Of a stretch of 64,000 nt of DNA, positions 24,796 through 43,675 are shown piece by piece. Position 1 is the stretch's first letter; the number at the start of each line of letters is the position of its first letter. The position numbers and the translations under genes were made by a program. Below the pieces are notes generated by a model. It worked only from the letters and a program-made list of their open reading frames with translations, had not been told where the DNA came from and made no database searches. The DNA comes from the human T2T-CHM13v2.0 reference genome, Homo sapiens: assembly GCF_009914755.1 (NCBI RefSeq), contig NC_060935.1, one strand, 5' to 3'.

Positions 24796-26376
24796 TGTCC
24801 AGAATTGGTGAGTTCTTGGCCTCACTGACTTCAAAAATGAAGCCTCGGACCCACGTGGTGAGTGTTACAGTTCTTAAAGATGGTGTGTCCAGAGTTTCTT
24901 CCTTCTGATGTTTGGACTTGTTTGGAGTTTCTTTCCTTCTGGTGGGTTCGTGGTCTCACTGGCTTCGGGAGTGAAGCTGCAGACCTTCGTGGTGAGTGTT
25001 GCAGCTCTTAAGTCGGCGCATCTGGAGTTGTTTGTTCCTCCGGTCTGGAGTTGTTCATTCCTACCGGTGGGTTCATGGTCTGGCTGGCCTCAGGAGTGAA
25101 GCTGCAGACCTTCGCGGTGAGTGTTAGGGCTCATAAAGGCAGCGCAGACCCAAAAAGGAGGCAGTAGCAAGATGTATTACAAAGAGCGAAAGAACAAGTT
25201 TCCACAGTGTGGAAGGGGACCCAAGTGGGTTGCCACCGCTGGTGCGGGCAGCCTGCTTTTATTCCCTTATCTGACCCCACCCATATCTTGCTGATTGGCC
25301 CATTTTACAGAGAGCTGATTGGTCCGTTTTACAGAGAGCTGATTGGTCCGTTTTACAGAGAGCTGATTGGTCCACTTACAATCCCTGAGCTAGACACAGA
25401 GTGTAGATTGGTGCAGTTACAATCCTCTAGCTAGACATAAAAGTTCTCCAAGTCCCCACTAGATTAGCTAGAAACAGAGCACTGATTGGTGTGTTTACAA
25501 ACCTTGAGCTAGACACAAAGTGCTGATTGGTGTATTTACAATCCTTTAGACACAAAAGTTCTCCAAGGCCTCACTAGATTAGCTAGACACAGAGCACTGA
25601 TTGGTGCGTTTACAAACCTTGAGCTAGACACAGGGTGCTGATTGGTGCATTTACAAACCTTGAGCTAGACACAAAGTGCTGATTGGTGCATTTACAAACC
25701 TTGAGCTAGACACAAAAGTTCTCCAAGTCCCCACCTGACTCAGGAGCCCAGCTGGCTTCTCCTATTGGATCCCATGCTGGGGCAGGGACGGAGCTGCCCG
25801 CCAGTCTCATGCGTGCCACCTGCACACCTCAGCCCTTGGGTGGTGGATGGGGCCGGGCTCCACGGAGCATGGGGCGGTGCCCGCGGGGGACGCTCCAGCT
25901 GCGCGGGAGCCCATGGCTGATGGGGGAGCTCTGGCATGGTGGGTTGCAGGTCCTGAGCCCTGCCCTGTGGGGAGGCAGCTGAGGCCGGGAAGAGTTCAAG
26001 CTAGGCGTGGGTGGGCCGGCAGTGCTGGGGGACCAGGCGCACCCTCTGCAGCGGCTTTCCTGGGTGCTAAGCCCGTCATTGCCTGGGGCTGGTGCTGGCT
26101 GGCTGCTCCGAGTGTGGGGCCCGCGGGGTCTGCTGAGCCCGTGCCCACCCAGAACTCAAGCTGGGCTGTGACTCTCAGCCCTAGTTCCTGCAGGAGCGTC
26201 TCTCTCCACACCTCCCCACAAGCAGAGGGAGCCGGCTCTGGCCTCGGCCAGCCCAGAGAGGGGCTCCCACAGTGCAGTGGAGGACTGAAGGGCTCCTCAA
26301 GCACAGCCAGAAGGGGCGCCGAGGCTGCGGAGGCCCCAAGAGTGAGGGAGGGCTGCCAGCTCACTGTCACCTCTGA
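24796..26376 (-). mobile_element. LTR12 (ERV9) solo LTR, C/D/E-type, ~1.58 kb
   Basis: tgtccagaattggtg...gtgaagctgcagaccttcg repeats; gctagacacagagcactgattgg array; GC-rich U3 ending gccagctcactgtcacctct; flanking ACAATG duplication. Confidence 0.95.
25230..25740 (-). promoter_or_regulatory. LTR12 U3 enhancer/promoter: tandem CCAAT (NF-Y) array and AATAAA-type TATA box
   Basis: Ten ATTGG between 25294 and 25686 (24-bp period at 25294/318/342/366; 41-bp period at 25600/641/682); GGAATAAAAGCAG on the minus strand at ~25253-25265. Confidence 0.7.
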
Positions 26377-26914
26377 ACAATGCCAACATATTATTTCCCT
26401 CAGGACTTAGGGTGGCTGGATGGGATCCTGTGGTTACCATGACTTCATACCATTCATCACCTGTCATAGGAAGCCTCATTTGTAAAGATATTATCATTTC
26501 CTATATGTGCCCTCGGGATTAAAAAAAGTTTGGAAAACAAGCTTTTTATTGGAAATTAAGGTGATATATTTCATTCTTCCTATGCCACTCTTTTGTCTTA
26601 ATTTGTTCAGACTAGAGAAGGGAAGGCAACTGCTCTTTATTGAACTGACTCAGAGATGTCCACTTTGGTCTCTACAGGGCAATCTTTGTTTAGGTTTTTC
26701 TCCTGAGACATTTTTCATTTTTCTCCTGATAAGTCTAGTCTTCATTTGGTGAGTATGTTTAGAGTGCTCTCTTGGTGTTCAGTGCTTTCTTGCCTTCTCT
26801 CTTACCTTATTTTCCCCATCTTCATAACAAATGGCATTTTCTGTATTGGATCACTGGCTTCACCACTTGCCTGTACTTCTTTATAAGAATTGATATTTCT
26901 CAATAAGGTATATG

Positions 26915-27135
26915 GTGAATAACATAGACTACAGGGTCAGATAAAGTTGGTTTTACTTCTCAATCAAACACTTCATTTGACCTTCGACAAAATCTATAAT
27001 CCTTCTAAAACCTCAAGTTTCTCATATTTCATTGGAGACATTAATGGGTCATCCCTCTTTTTGTTGCCAGGATTAAATGAAATTAAGTGTATACGTGTAA
27101 TACTTAATATGATTTGTATTTGATAAGTATTATCT
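26915..27135 (+). mobile_element. MIR SINE
   Basis: catagactacagggtcagataaagttgg; aacctcaagtttctcat; ggattaaatgaaattaagtgt. Confidence 0.6.
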
Positions 27136-27674
27136 GGTATTGTTGAACAAGGATATGCTAAACATTAAAAATTTAGAGACCCTAGGAATATGCTATATCT
27201 ACTGCTTTATTTTGAAAACTTTATAATTTTGTTACATCATAGGTGATTCAAAGTTATAAATAAAATTAAAAATCAATGTTATTTTTTCTGTGGTCCAGTT
27301 ATAAAAAGATTGGCATATTGACAGAAAAATTGTAAGAACTGGCTAAAAGGTTACAATTCAGCGGTCTGAAGTCCTTAAATGTAAGGGAAAACAATGTTCC
27401 ATACTTCAATCGTTTCTGACAGTATCACCCTCTTACAGAAAGCTAGAAAGATTCATGTTGATAATCTTGTTCATGAAACATAAAGAAAATGTCACTGTAT
27501 TCCACGTAAAGAACATGCTAAAGCATTTTAGGACATTTTAATCAAAATAGTCACAAAAATTTGCAGAAAGGTGGAGACTCCATTTCTATGGAAACTAACT
27601 CATATGAAACACTCTCTAATGATACCAATGAAGGAGGTATTATTTGAAGAATAACTTCTATACTGTATTGCTTT

Positions 27675-27860
27675 TAACTGTTCAAAAGACTTCCATATTT
27701 TTGTATCTTATTTTGATCTCACAACAAATGTATATGGTATTTGGTTGGTTATTGTAATCTTCATATGCAAAATGAAATCTAGATGGGAGAACGGAACAGA
27801 ACACTTAAAGTAGAGGTATCTGCAAAGATGGCACAGCTGAGAAGCTGAAGCTTCATTTTT
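27675..27860 (-). mobile_element. MIR SINE
   Basis: atcttattttgatctcacaacaa...aatgaaatctagatg...gcaaagatggcacagctgagaag. Confidence 0.5.
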
Positions 27861-28084
27861 CTGTTAGAGATAGTATTATTATAATTATTGAATAGTTTTT
27901 TTCTGGTGAACCATTATTATTGTCTTATTTTTATTTGGGCTTTTTTCTTCTCTCTGTCATTTAAGATACCATTCTATTTTATAGATAACAATGTAAGTTG
28001 TGTCTTGTTTGGTGAAGTAGCCATGTTGGTTGAATATTTTGAACATGATGATACAGAGACAAATAATGAAAACAAAGTTACCAC

Positions 28085-28240
28085 TTCTTGAATACCATAT
28101 AATGTCTATATACTGGCTCATTTACCCCTCACGATAGTTTTGCAAGATAAGTATTATTATCCCCATTTTACATATTAGAAAAACACAAAAAGATGAATCC
28201 AGGTTCTGTAACCTCTAGTCTGAGTTTTTTCTATCCTCAC
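28085..28240 (-). mobile_element. MIR SINE
   Basis: ctcatttacccctcacgatagttttgcaagataagtattattatccccattttaca. Confidence 0.65.
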
Positions 28241-30707
28241 TCATTATCTTCCACAATGAGTCTCTGGAGTAGCTTTCAAGAATAACCCAGAGCCTGAACA
28301 GGAAAGAGTATTGAATTCATCTATAAATATCTTTGGCTCACCTGCAAGGAAATGTGAAATCAAAAGGAAGCATGAGTGAGAAAGCTTGATACATGCTGTC
28401 AAATTTGGAAAACGTTTCAGCTTTTCCAAGGGGCGCACTCAACACACAGAACAGCCTCCCAAGAGTCAGTAGAACCTGATCTGTAATCGTTCCCAAGAAT
28501 CCAACCGGAAGTATCTGCTAAGTCAAGGAATATTTGCAGAGAGTTTTCAGACACTCATAAACCACAGCACCATCAATCCCATCCACCCCAGCCATAACCT
28601 TTTAAGGGAGCATGCTGAAGTGCAGTTAATCAGATTATCGTTAGCAGAGAAAAAAATATAAAAGACAATGAAGAACTGGTCAGGGTGAGAGTAAAGGGCA
28701 AACCCCAATCAGCTGCCTTATTTCATCTCCTTTCAAGGACATAAATATCACATAACAGTCTCTATATGTCAAAGGAGCTAGGGATCTAGATAGTCTGCAG
28801 TTAACACAGAACTAGAGACTCCTTTCTCAAATTATGCTTTAGGAGCCACCAAATTTCTAACTATTCTAATATGACACTTTCTTTCAGATGGTTAACATAC
28901 GTCGTTTTCTTACCGTGAACATACTTTCGTTAAAGGCTCAAGTATTAGTTCAGGAAACAAGAGAGCATTCCAATTTTGTCAGTCAGTCTTAGTATACTTG
29001 CTACCTAAATGGGACTCATCCTTTTTTGGTATTACGATTACAGGGATAAAGAAAATAATTGCTTAGAATATGACTCGTTATACACTCTATTATTTTAGTC
29101 AACTGGTCCATCACTGTGCTAAGGAACAGGAGCCAGATGAAAGAAAAACTGAGATAGAGACTTTGCCCTAGTGGATTTAACAATTTTTTTTTTTTTTTTT
29201 TTTTTGGAGAGGCAAGGCTGACATCAATGAAGTTATTACTTACACTGATGTTGATGGAGAGTGAAAATTCTCTTTCTCAGGAAATCACAACCTAAATTGG
29301 ACAAATAATATACTGTGTGAAACAACTGGAAATGCACCCAAGTGAACTTATAGGGCTAGCATATTGGCATGACTAACATAATGAGAGTTTCATGTCATAC
29401 TCTGACATGCTGAAGTGTTTTAGCAGAACCTTTCTGGAGTAAGTAAATGTTCCCTAGAGGGATACAGTTCTGTTAACCGCCCGATCTTTTGATCTTGCTT
29501 CACCTGATGGTCTGTGGGTTCTCTTGTCCTTTCCAGTCCTTTGATAGAGGATCTTGAACAACTATAATAAGGAGTACTGATATCCTAGGCCTAAATCCCT
29601 TAGGTATGACACTTTCCACTGCTCAGCATTTGAGAAAATTGATGTCTGTGCCTGTCTTCCTGCCAGCTTTCTCTCACTAGAGATTATTCCTTTTTCTTCT
29701 TTCAGCCTCAATGCTTTACATTGCCTAAGGATAAACCTGGCACTTTTTACCATCCATGATCCAATTAGCAGGGAAAGGAGCAGCTCTGTTTGCAACAACA
29801 CACAGATTCTGGTATGAGCCCCACAGAGAGAAAGCAACACTCTAGACATGATTTGTGCATAGCTGCCTATCTATTCTCTCTGTGATCTCAGAACAAAGGC
29901 CCAGGCACTTTGCTAGCTGCCCAGGGCTACGATTCACATCTGGAATTGATGGAAAAGGAATCATGTAACATGTTTCCATTGGTGCAGGTTCACTAAATAC
30001 TTCCTATAACCTGAACTTTTCTAATAACCATTTACTTTTTTTTTTTAGACTGGGCAATGGGAAAAGAGAATTTTACTTGAGGATAAAACTCCCAGGAGAG
30101 AGTGTATTTATATGTTGAACTAAAGGCATGAGTATGCATAACTTCTCATATTTTCTATATGAGACTTTGGGAATTCTGCTTCCTGTATACAAATTGCCTA
30201 TAGGTTGAAGATAAAGAGATTGTGGTTCTCTTTTTGGAATAGATCAGAATTCAAAACGATATTACTCATTTAATTTTTTATGAGTATTGCTCATACGACA
30301 GTATTTGTTAAGAACTGGAGGAGATACAAAAAAACACAGGATTATTTCCTGCACTCTAGGGCTGTATGTTTAAGTGATACACTTACCATTCACCCATTCT
30401 CAATTTACAATTTTTAGGCATCAGCTGGTCTAGTGGTTAACAAAAAAGTGCAGTATTATCACCCACCAGAGTTTTTTGGTTTTGTTTGTTTTAATAATTG
30501 GGATAGTATTAGGATCTAGCAGGGATAGGTGATATGTGATAAAAGCATTTAGTATTTAGGCATTAGTGATGCTAACCAATTGCAATACTCCTCTAAAGGA
30601 AAAATTGTCTAATCCAAAATGTCAACAGCAACTCTCTCCTTACAACTGAGAAACACGGGGTAGACTATTTCACGTCAGCCCGGGGTTTTTTTTTGCCATA
30701 GTCTATC

Positions 30708-31180
30708 TGATATAGCTTGGATATTTGTCACTGCCCAAATCTCATGCTAAATTACAATCCCTAACAGTAGAGATGGGGCCTGGTAGGAGGGGTTTGGATC
30801 GTGGGAACACATTCCTCACAGCTTTGTGCTGTCTTTGTGATAACGATAGTGAGTTCTCATAAAATCCGTTCATTTAAAAGTGTGTGTCACCTCTCCTGCA
30901 CCTGACTCCCTCTCTCTCTTGCTCCCACTCTGCCATCATAGAACAAGTAAATCCTCAGACCCCCAACCCCCTGGATCCAAGCTTCAGAAGAAAAAGGGAG
31001 AAGTGCCTGCTCCCCCTTCACATTCTGTCATGTTTTTAAGCCTCTGGAGACCTCCCCAGGAGCAGAGGCCACTATGCTTCCTGTATAGCCTGCAGAACCA
31101 TGAGCTAATTAAACCTCTTTTCCTATCAATTACTGAGCCTCAAGCATTTGTTTCTAGCCATGCAAGAATGGCCTAACACA
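30708..31180 (+). mobile_element. MST (MSTA/MSTB) MaLR solo LTR with ~60 bp internal insert
   Basis: tgatatagcttggatatttgtc...ccaaatctcatg; atgcttcctgtatagcctgcagaaccatgagctaattaaacctc; ends aatggcctaacaca. Confidence 0.88.
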
Positions 31181-31232
31181 CACCCTTGACCCCCATCTTT
31201 AGGACAGCAAAGCAGAACGCCTCAGTTAGAGG

Positions 31233-31608
31233 TTACATCAGCCAGCTTAGGCTAAGCTATGCTGTGCTAACAAACAACCCCCAAATCTCGACGACCCTTA
31301 ACACTAAGGTTTGTTTCTTATGCCCCATTTTGGGGTCTTTGATAGCTTTCCTCTATGTAATCTTGAGCCTGGGATCCAGGCTAAAATATAACCCCTTTCT
31401 GGGATATTGTCAGCTGTGAATCAGAAGACGGCATGGTAAAATGATGAAAAATGCTCTTAAACTTTTGCTTGAAATAATGCATGTCATTTCTACTCACATT
31501 TCATTGACTAAAGCAGGTCACATGTCCAAGCCTGATATCAGTGAAGCACAAATATAAAAATCCTGCTTCAGAAAGGTACAGCAAATATTTTGAATAGTAC
31601 AATCCACA
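31233..31608 (-). mobile_element. MLT1I/J-like MaLR LTR
   Basis: ggctaagctatgctgtgctaacaaacaacccccaaatctc; tcacatttcattgactaaagcaggtcacatgtccaagcctg. Confidence 0.75.
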
Positions 31609-33138
31609 TTAGAAATAAAACAGAGAAAGATGATTCTTGTATGACAACATTTCTTAAAATGGGCTCCAGAAAGAAACTCTGCTGCTCATCACAGAACAAA
31701 TTAATTCTCAGACCCTCCTTGGATACAAATTGTAGAAGAAAAAGGTGGAAACCCAGTGGGAAGAATAAAAAATCAGTTCAATTTTTTATGACAAAAATAC
31801 ATTTCCATCTCTAGTAATCTCCCAGGCCCAAGCCATGAGATTTTTTTCTTCTCGTTCCGGTTATACTCTCTTGCAGGTGAGTGCACCTTAGCAAAGATCT
31901 CCAGAGCAGCCAAAATCCTTGTTCCTGTCCTCTTTGTCTGGCTGTTCCATTTTGACTAAGAAGTGTGAATAATCTCACAGATTTTATTTCTAGCCCTCAC
32001 CTTTTCTATCTTTGTGCTTTCCCTTAGAGGCTGTGTATGATTTTGATACTCCACTGATCAATAGAAGATCCCCAAATATGAGTGTCCTTTCTTCTAAGCT
32101 TCAGCACCACTTTTCTTTTTAGCCACAGAACATTTTCGTCTTTAAATCAACTGTATCTTAAACCAAGGTTGTCATCAGCACCCCTTATTCTCCCTCACTT
32201 TGCTTCTACTGCCAAACCAGATTCACCTAATCCTATTAATGATATTACCAATATCCTAGTCATATAGACTTAAATCTTTGTGTTAGCTTTCGGTCTTAAT
32301 ACTTTTTTTCCTCCACTCATCTCCACCCAAATAGCCACTACTCTCTGTTAATTATCTATATATATTTTTTCTTTCTGTTAGCCTTTAATCATGGAAGTCT
32401 AAAGCACATCTTCTCCAAATGAGAATTGTATTCCATTTATTAGTAGTAGGATAGTTAAATAACCTTCATAGAATAACTTAGGGGTTTTAAAAATAAATCT
32501 GAAATTTTATTTGAAAGTTATTAATGTTAATTTTATTATTAAAGTTGTAATAGTCTCGTTCTAAAACATTGACGATATGGTGCATGAACAATATTATCAT
32601 AGCTGCAAGATTAATTCTTAATTCTACAGCCACTATATTAAACATTGGCAATAATACTAAATAGACACACTCAGGTGGCACATTAATGATATTGCTAACA
32701 TTTTTGTCTACAATAGAATTTGATTAGGAAAAAAGATTTAAATTATATGTTTTCTAAAAGAAGTTAGAAGCTGTGATTGTAAATTGGGTAAATATAAAAA
32801 ATCCTTCAACTGCTGAAAATGGTTAGCAGTGTGTAAAATGATTTTGACAAGCTTAGTGTTTAAAATGTTAACTTCCATAGACTCACACCTATAAGGAAAT
32901 GTCTTATTAAACAATATGTATAATTTATGCTGGTTTACAGTTTGATTGGTATGAGCACATTTTCTTCATAATCCTTATATTACCTAATTTCATAGATTTA
33001 ACATGATTTCTCAGGGAGATTGTTGTGGTATATGATTTAGGAATTTTTTTCTTCTTGTGAAATTTTGAAGTATGAAAGTTGAAATTTTGATTTTACAACA
33101 TCCTTATAAAAATGAAGAATTTCAAGATAGAAATTTCA

Positions 33139-33649
<511 letters not shown>

Positions 33650-34104
33650 TTACTGAAGTTATTTAGCTAATACAAAATCTCTTCATAGTCACACTAGCAA
33701 TCTATTTACCCATTTATTCATATCTTGAAAATTTTTAATTTTTATAATTGAAGTTAATAGCTTTTAAAACCATTGTGGCACTTTATTCTTCTTTGTAGCC
33801 TGTCTTTGCCCCTTACTGTCTGTATGATCTCTGGTAACTTATGGATATCTCTGCCTCAGGTTCCTCATTTATTAAATGAGCAAAATATAAAATTCTTAAA
33901 CATATTATTGGCATATAGCAAAACTATATATCATAGGAATGTTAAGTTTTGTGGCTTATATATCAGGCATATGTTCTTGTTAACATAGATAATTGCAAAG
34001 TAGTTATTCTGATTTATTATTGAGCAAACTAAAGTTCAGACTAACCCATAGACTCATTTATATTAAGTAGTCAGAGCTGGTCTGAACCTATGTCTCTATG
34101 GTCC

Positions 34105-34476
34105 TGTCTTGGTCTGTTTTCTGCTGCTTTAAAAAAAAAACACACAGATTAGGTAATTTATAGTGAACAAAAACTTATTTCACACACAGTTCTGGAGGCT
34201 GGGAAGTTCTAGACCAAGGCGCCAGCATCTTATGAGGGCCTTCTTGATGTGTGGAAGACGAGAGAGAGAAAGAGAAAGAAAACATAGGACTGCAGTTATC
34301 CTTTTATAAGAAACCCACCCCCACAATAACAGCATTACTCCATTAATGAGAGCAGAGCCTTCCTGGCCTAATCACCTCTTAAAAGCCCCACCTCTCATCT
34401 ACCTTGAGAGGTGGATACTGTTGCAATGGCAATTAAGTGTCAACATGAGTTTGAGAGGGGACATTCAAATCATAGT
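34105..34476 (-). mobile_element. MSTC/MSTD-like MaLR solo LTR
   Basis: tgtcttggtctgttttctgctgc...cagttctggaggctgggaagt...aatcacctcttaaaagccccacctc...ggggacattcaaatcatag. Confidence 0.85.
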
Positions 34477-35309
34477 TGGCCCCAAAACCTATTTTGTACC
34501 TCTGATGCTCAAGATCAGTGAATCTTTTTCTTATAACTTAGCAAAATAGGAAGAACTTAGAGAAAACAAGATATATCAACAATCAAGCATTTGGAAGATA
34601 GTGCTAAAAACCTTTCCCTCATTTCTCACTTAAGTACACACTGTCATGTACTATTATTTGAATTTTCCTAGGTGGTATGTCTCATTCCCTGAGTAAGTTG
34701 TAAACTTCCCGATGGAAGCGAAGTGTACTTTCTGCTCACTTGCAGCACTTAGGAAAATGTTGTGACAGTAGCTTAAATATGAATATTTTTAGTAGTTTAA
34801 ATGGATTCAGTTGAGCTTCAAAGAACACTGACAAAGGCAAGACAATATATTATCTTTAATTTACTGGTGAGGAAATTTAGAAAGAGAAAGGGCAAGAAGT
34901 TTATCTAAGATCACTCATCTTGGTCACAGAAACCTGGGTCTAATGTTAGCAGTAAATCCTCAATAAATATGTGTTAAATTGATAAATTTATTTTAGAGAA
35001 GAGAAAAATCATGAGTATGGAGCAAAAACAGAAGAGTAGCTTAATAAATTTGCAAAATGTATAAAGGCTTTCATAGTTTTACCTCTGGAGTTAATTTTAC
35101 TTCAGAAATTTCAAATGATGTCTTAATAATAAGTGAAAACTTACATCTAGTTAGTACTTGCAATGTCCTAATATTATGTTTAACATTTACATTAATTATT
35201 TTATTTCATACTACTCATCTATCTATGAAGAAGATACAACTTTTTGATTTTGACACTTTTTGTTTCGTTGGTTGGTTGGTTTTAATTTGTAGCCTGTTTT
35301 TTTTTTTTT

Positions 35310-35825
35310 TGAGTAGTTTTTAACAGAAAATTGATCAGAAAGTAAAGAGTTTTCATGTATCTCCTTCTCTCCTCTTATAATTTTTCCAACTATTTACATC
35401 TTTTATTGATGTGGTACATTTGCTACAATTGCCGAACCAATGTAGATACATTATTTTTGTTAACTTTTATTTTAAGTTCTGGGTTACTTTTTGAAACTTT
35501 TATTGAAGTATAAATATGCATAAAGAAAAGTGACAAATTGTAAGTAAGTTTTCTCAAACTGAATACACTCAAGTAAACAATACCCAAATAAAAAAAAATG
35601 AACATTAAGTTAAACCCAGAAGTTCTTCTTGTGTCCCCTACCAGACCATACTCTCCTCAAGGTATCCCCTACCAGACCATACTCTCCTCAAGGTAACTAG
35701 TCTGACTGCTAACCTCACAACTATCCTGACTTCTCACACTGCAGATTAGTGCTCACTGTATTTGAACTTCATATAAATGGATGATACAATCTGTCCTCTT
35801 AGGTGCTTAGCTGCTTCTGCTGCTT
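35310..35825 (-). mobile_element. Old L1M 3' end fragments (L1MC/L1ME-like)
   Basis: gtggtacatttgctacaattg...aaccaatgtagatacattatt; tttgaacttcatataaatgga. Confidence 0.65.
35634..35695. repeat. Perfect 31-bp tandem duplication
   Basis: TCCCCTACCAGACCATACTCTCCTCAAGGTA x2. Confidence 0.95.
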
Positions 35826-36780
35826 CTTATTTTTTTTAAATAAACTTTACTTTTTAGAGCAATTTTAGGTTCACAGCAAGCTAATCAGAATCTACAGAGA
35901 TTTCTCTATATACTCTCTGTCCCCATATATGCATAGCCTTCTCCACTATCCACAATCCCAAACAGAGTTGTGCATTTGTGACAATAGAAGAAACTACATT
36001 GACACATCATAATCACTCAAATACAATAGTTTACATTAGGGTTGACTCTTGATGTTTTACATTTTATGGTTTTTGACAAATGTATAATGGCATAAATCCA
36101 CCATTACAGAATCACACGGAAGAGTTTCACTGCCCTCAAAATCCTCTGTGCTTCTCCTATTAATCTCTTCCCATTAACCTCTGGCATCTATTGTTATTTT
36201 TACTATATCTCAATAAATTTAGTTTTATAAGAATGTCCTATAGTAGACTTATATAGTACATACCCTTTTCATATTAGCTTATTTCACTTGGTAATATGCA
36301 TTTAAGATACCTCCTTATCTTTAGCACTGAATAATATTCCCCTATCTGAATGTAGTACAGTTTATTTATCCATTCACCAAATAAAGGGCATATTTAAATA
36401 GTAGAACATCATTTATATAGCATGCCAAAGTAGACTAAACAATACAATGTTTAGGAATACATAGATATGTGGTAAAACCATGTAGACAATCAAGGAGAGT
36501 GGAAAAACAAAGATATAGTCAGGGAGAATACACAGGTTGGCTTCAAAAATGTTGTTTTTTTTTTTTTCTTGAGCATTGTATAGGCACGTGGGTACTAATT
36601 TTATTTGTATTCTCTAACTCTGTAGATGTGTCAAAAGTACTATTTCACACATATGAAATAATTCCTCATTTAAAAAGTAAGTAAATACATGGTTATGGTA
36701 CAAAATATTAAAAATTCAGAAAACTATATCAGTAAAATAAAAATTATCCAAAATTGTATTACCCTGAGATAACTATAGTA

Positions 36781-42552
<5,772 letters not shown>

Positions 42553-43675
42553 ATAAAGGGAATTTTGATTGCTTTGAAGTTTTGGCAATTATAAATAAAG
42601 TTGCTATAAATATCTACATGCAGTTTTTTGTATGCATAACTTTTCAACTTTTTTTAGTAGATACCAAGAAATGAGATTGCTGGATTGTATGATAAGAATA
42701 TGTTTAATTTTGTAAGAAACTCCCTGTCTTCCAAAGAAGCAGTACCATTTTGCATTCCACCAGCAATGAATGAGAGTTCCTGCTGCTCCATATCCTCATC
42801 AGCATTTGGTGGTGTTAGTGCTCTGGACTTTGGCCATTCTAATATGTGTCTAGTGTATCTTATTCTTGTTATAATCAGCATTTCTATGATGACATGTGAT
42901 CTGGAGTGTCTATCTTATGCTTATTTTTCATCTGTATATTTTCTTTAATAATTTCTGTTAAGGTCTTTTACCAATTTTTAATATTGGATTGCTTCTTTTC
43001 TTATTGCTATTTTAAGAGTTCTTTGTATATTTTAAGACAATTTCTTTTATCAGATGAATGCTTTAGAAATATTTTCTCCCAGTTTGTGCCTTGTCTTCTC
43101 ATTCTCTTGACATTGTCTTTTGCATAGCAGAAGTTTTAAATTTTAATGAAGTCCAGCTTATCAATTCTGTCTTTCATAAATCATGGCTTTGCTGTTGTAT
43201 CTAAAAATTCATCTCCATACTCAATGCCTTGTAGATTTTCTCCCATACTATCTTCAAGAGTTTTATACTTTTGCCTTTTACACTTAAGTCTATGATATAA
43301 TTTCAGTTAATTTTTGTGAAGGGTGAAAAGTTTGTGTGTAAATTCACTTTTTTTTGCATGTGGATCCTCAATTATTTCAACACCATTTGTTGAAAAGCCT
43401 ATCTTTGCTCCATTGTATTGCCTTTACTTCTTTGTCAAAGATCAGTTGACTATATATATGTTGATCTATTTCTAACCTCTATTGATCTATTCATCTATTA
43501 TTTTTGCTAATACCACACTGTTGATTATTGTAGTTTTATAGTAAGTCTTGAAGTTATGAAGTGTCAGTCTTACAACTCTCTCCTTCTTATTCAATATTAT
43601 GTTGGCTACTCTTAGTCTTTTTCTTCTCTATATGAGCCTTAGGATTAGTTTGTTGACATTTACAAAATAACTTGC

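Noticed and set aside
25290-25740. Regularly spaced repeats resembling a CRISPR array
   Set aside because: No unique spacers; these are the known LTR12 U3 tandem subrepeats in eukaryotic DNA
25847-26410. 187-aa ORF and CpG-island-like GC content
   Set aside because: Almost entirely within the GC-rich U3 of LTR12; stop-poor composition, not a gene or gene CpG island
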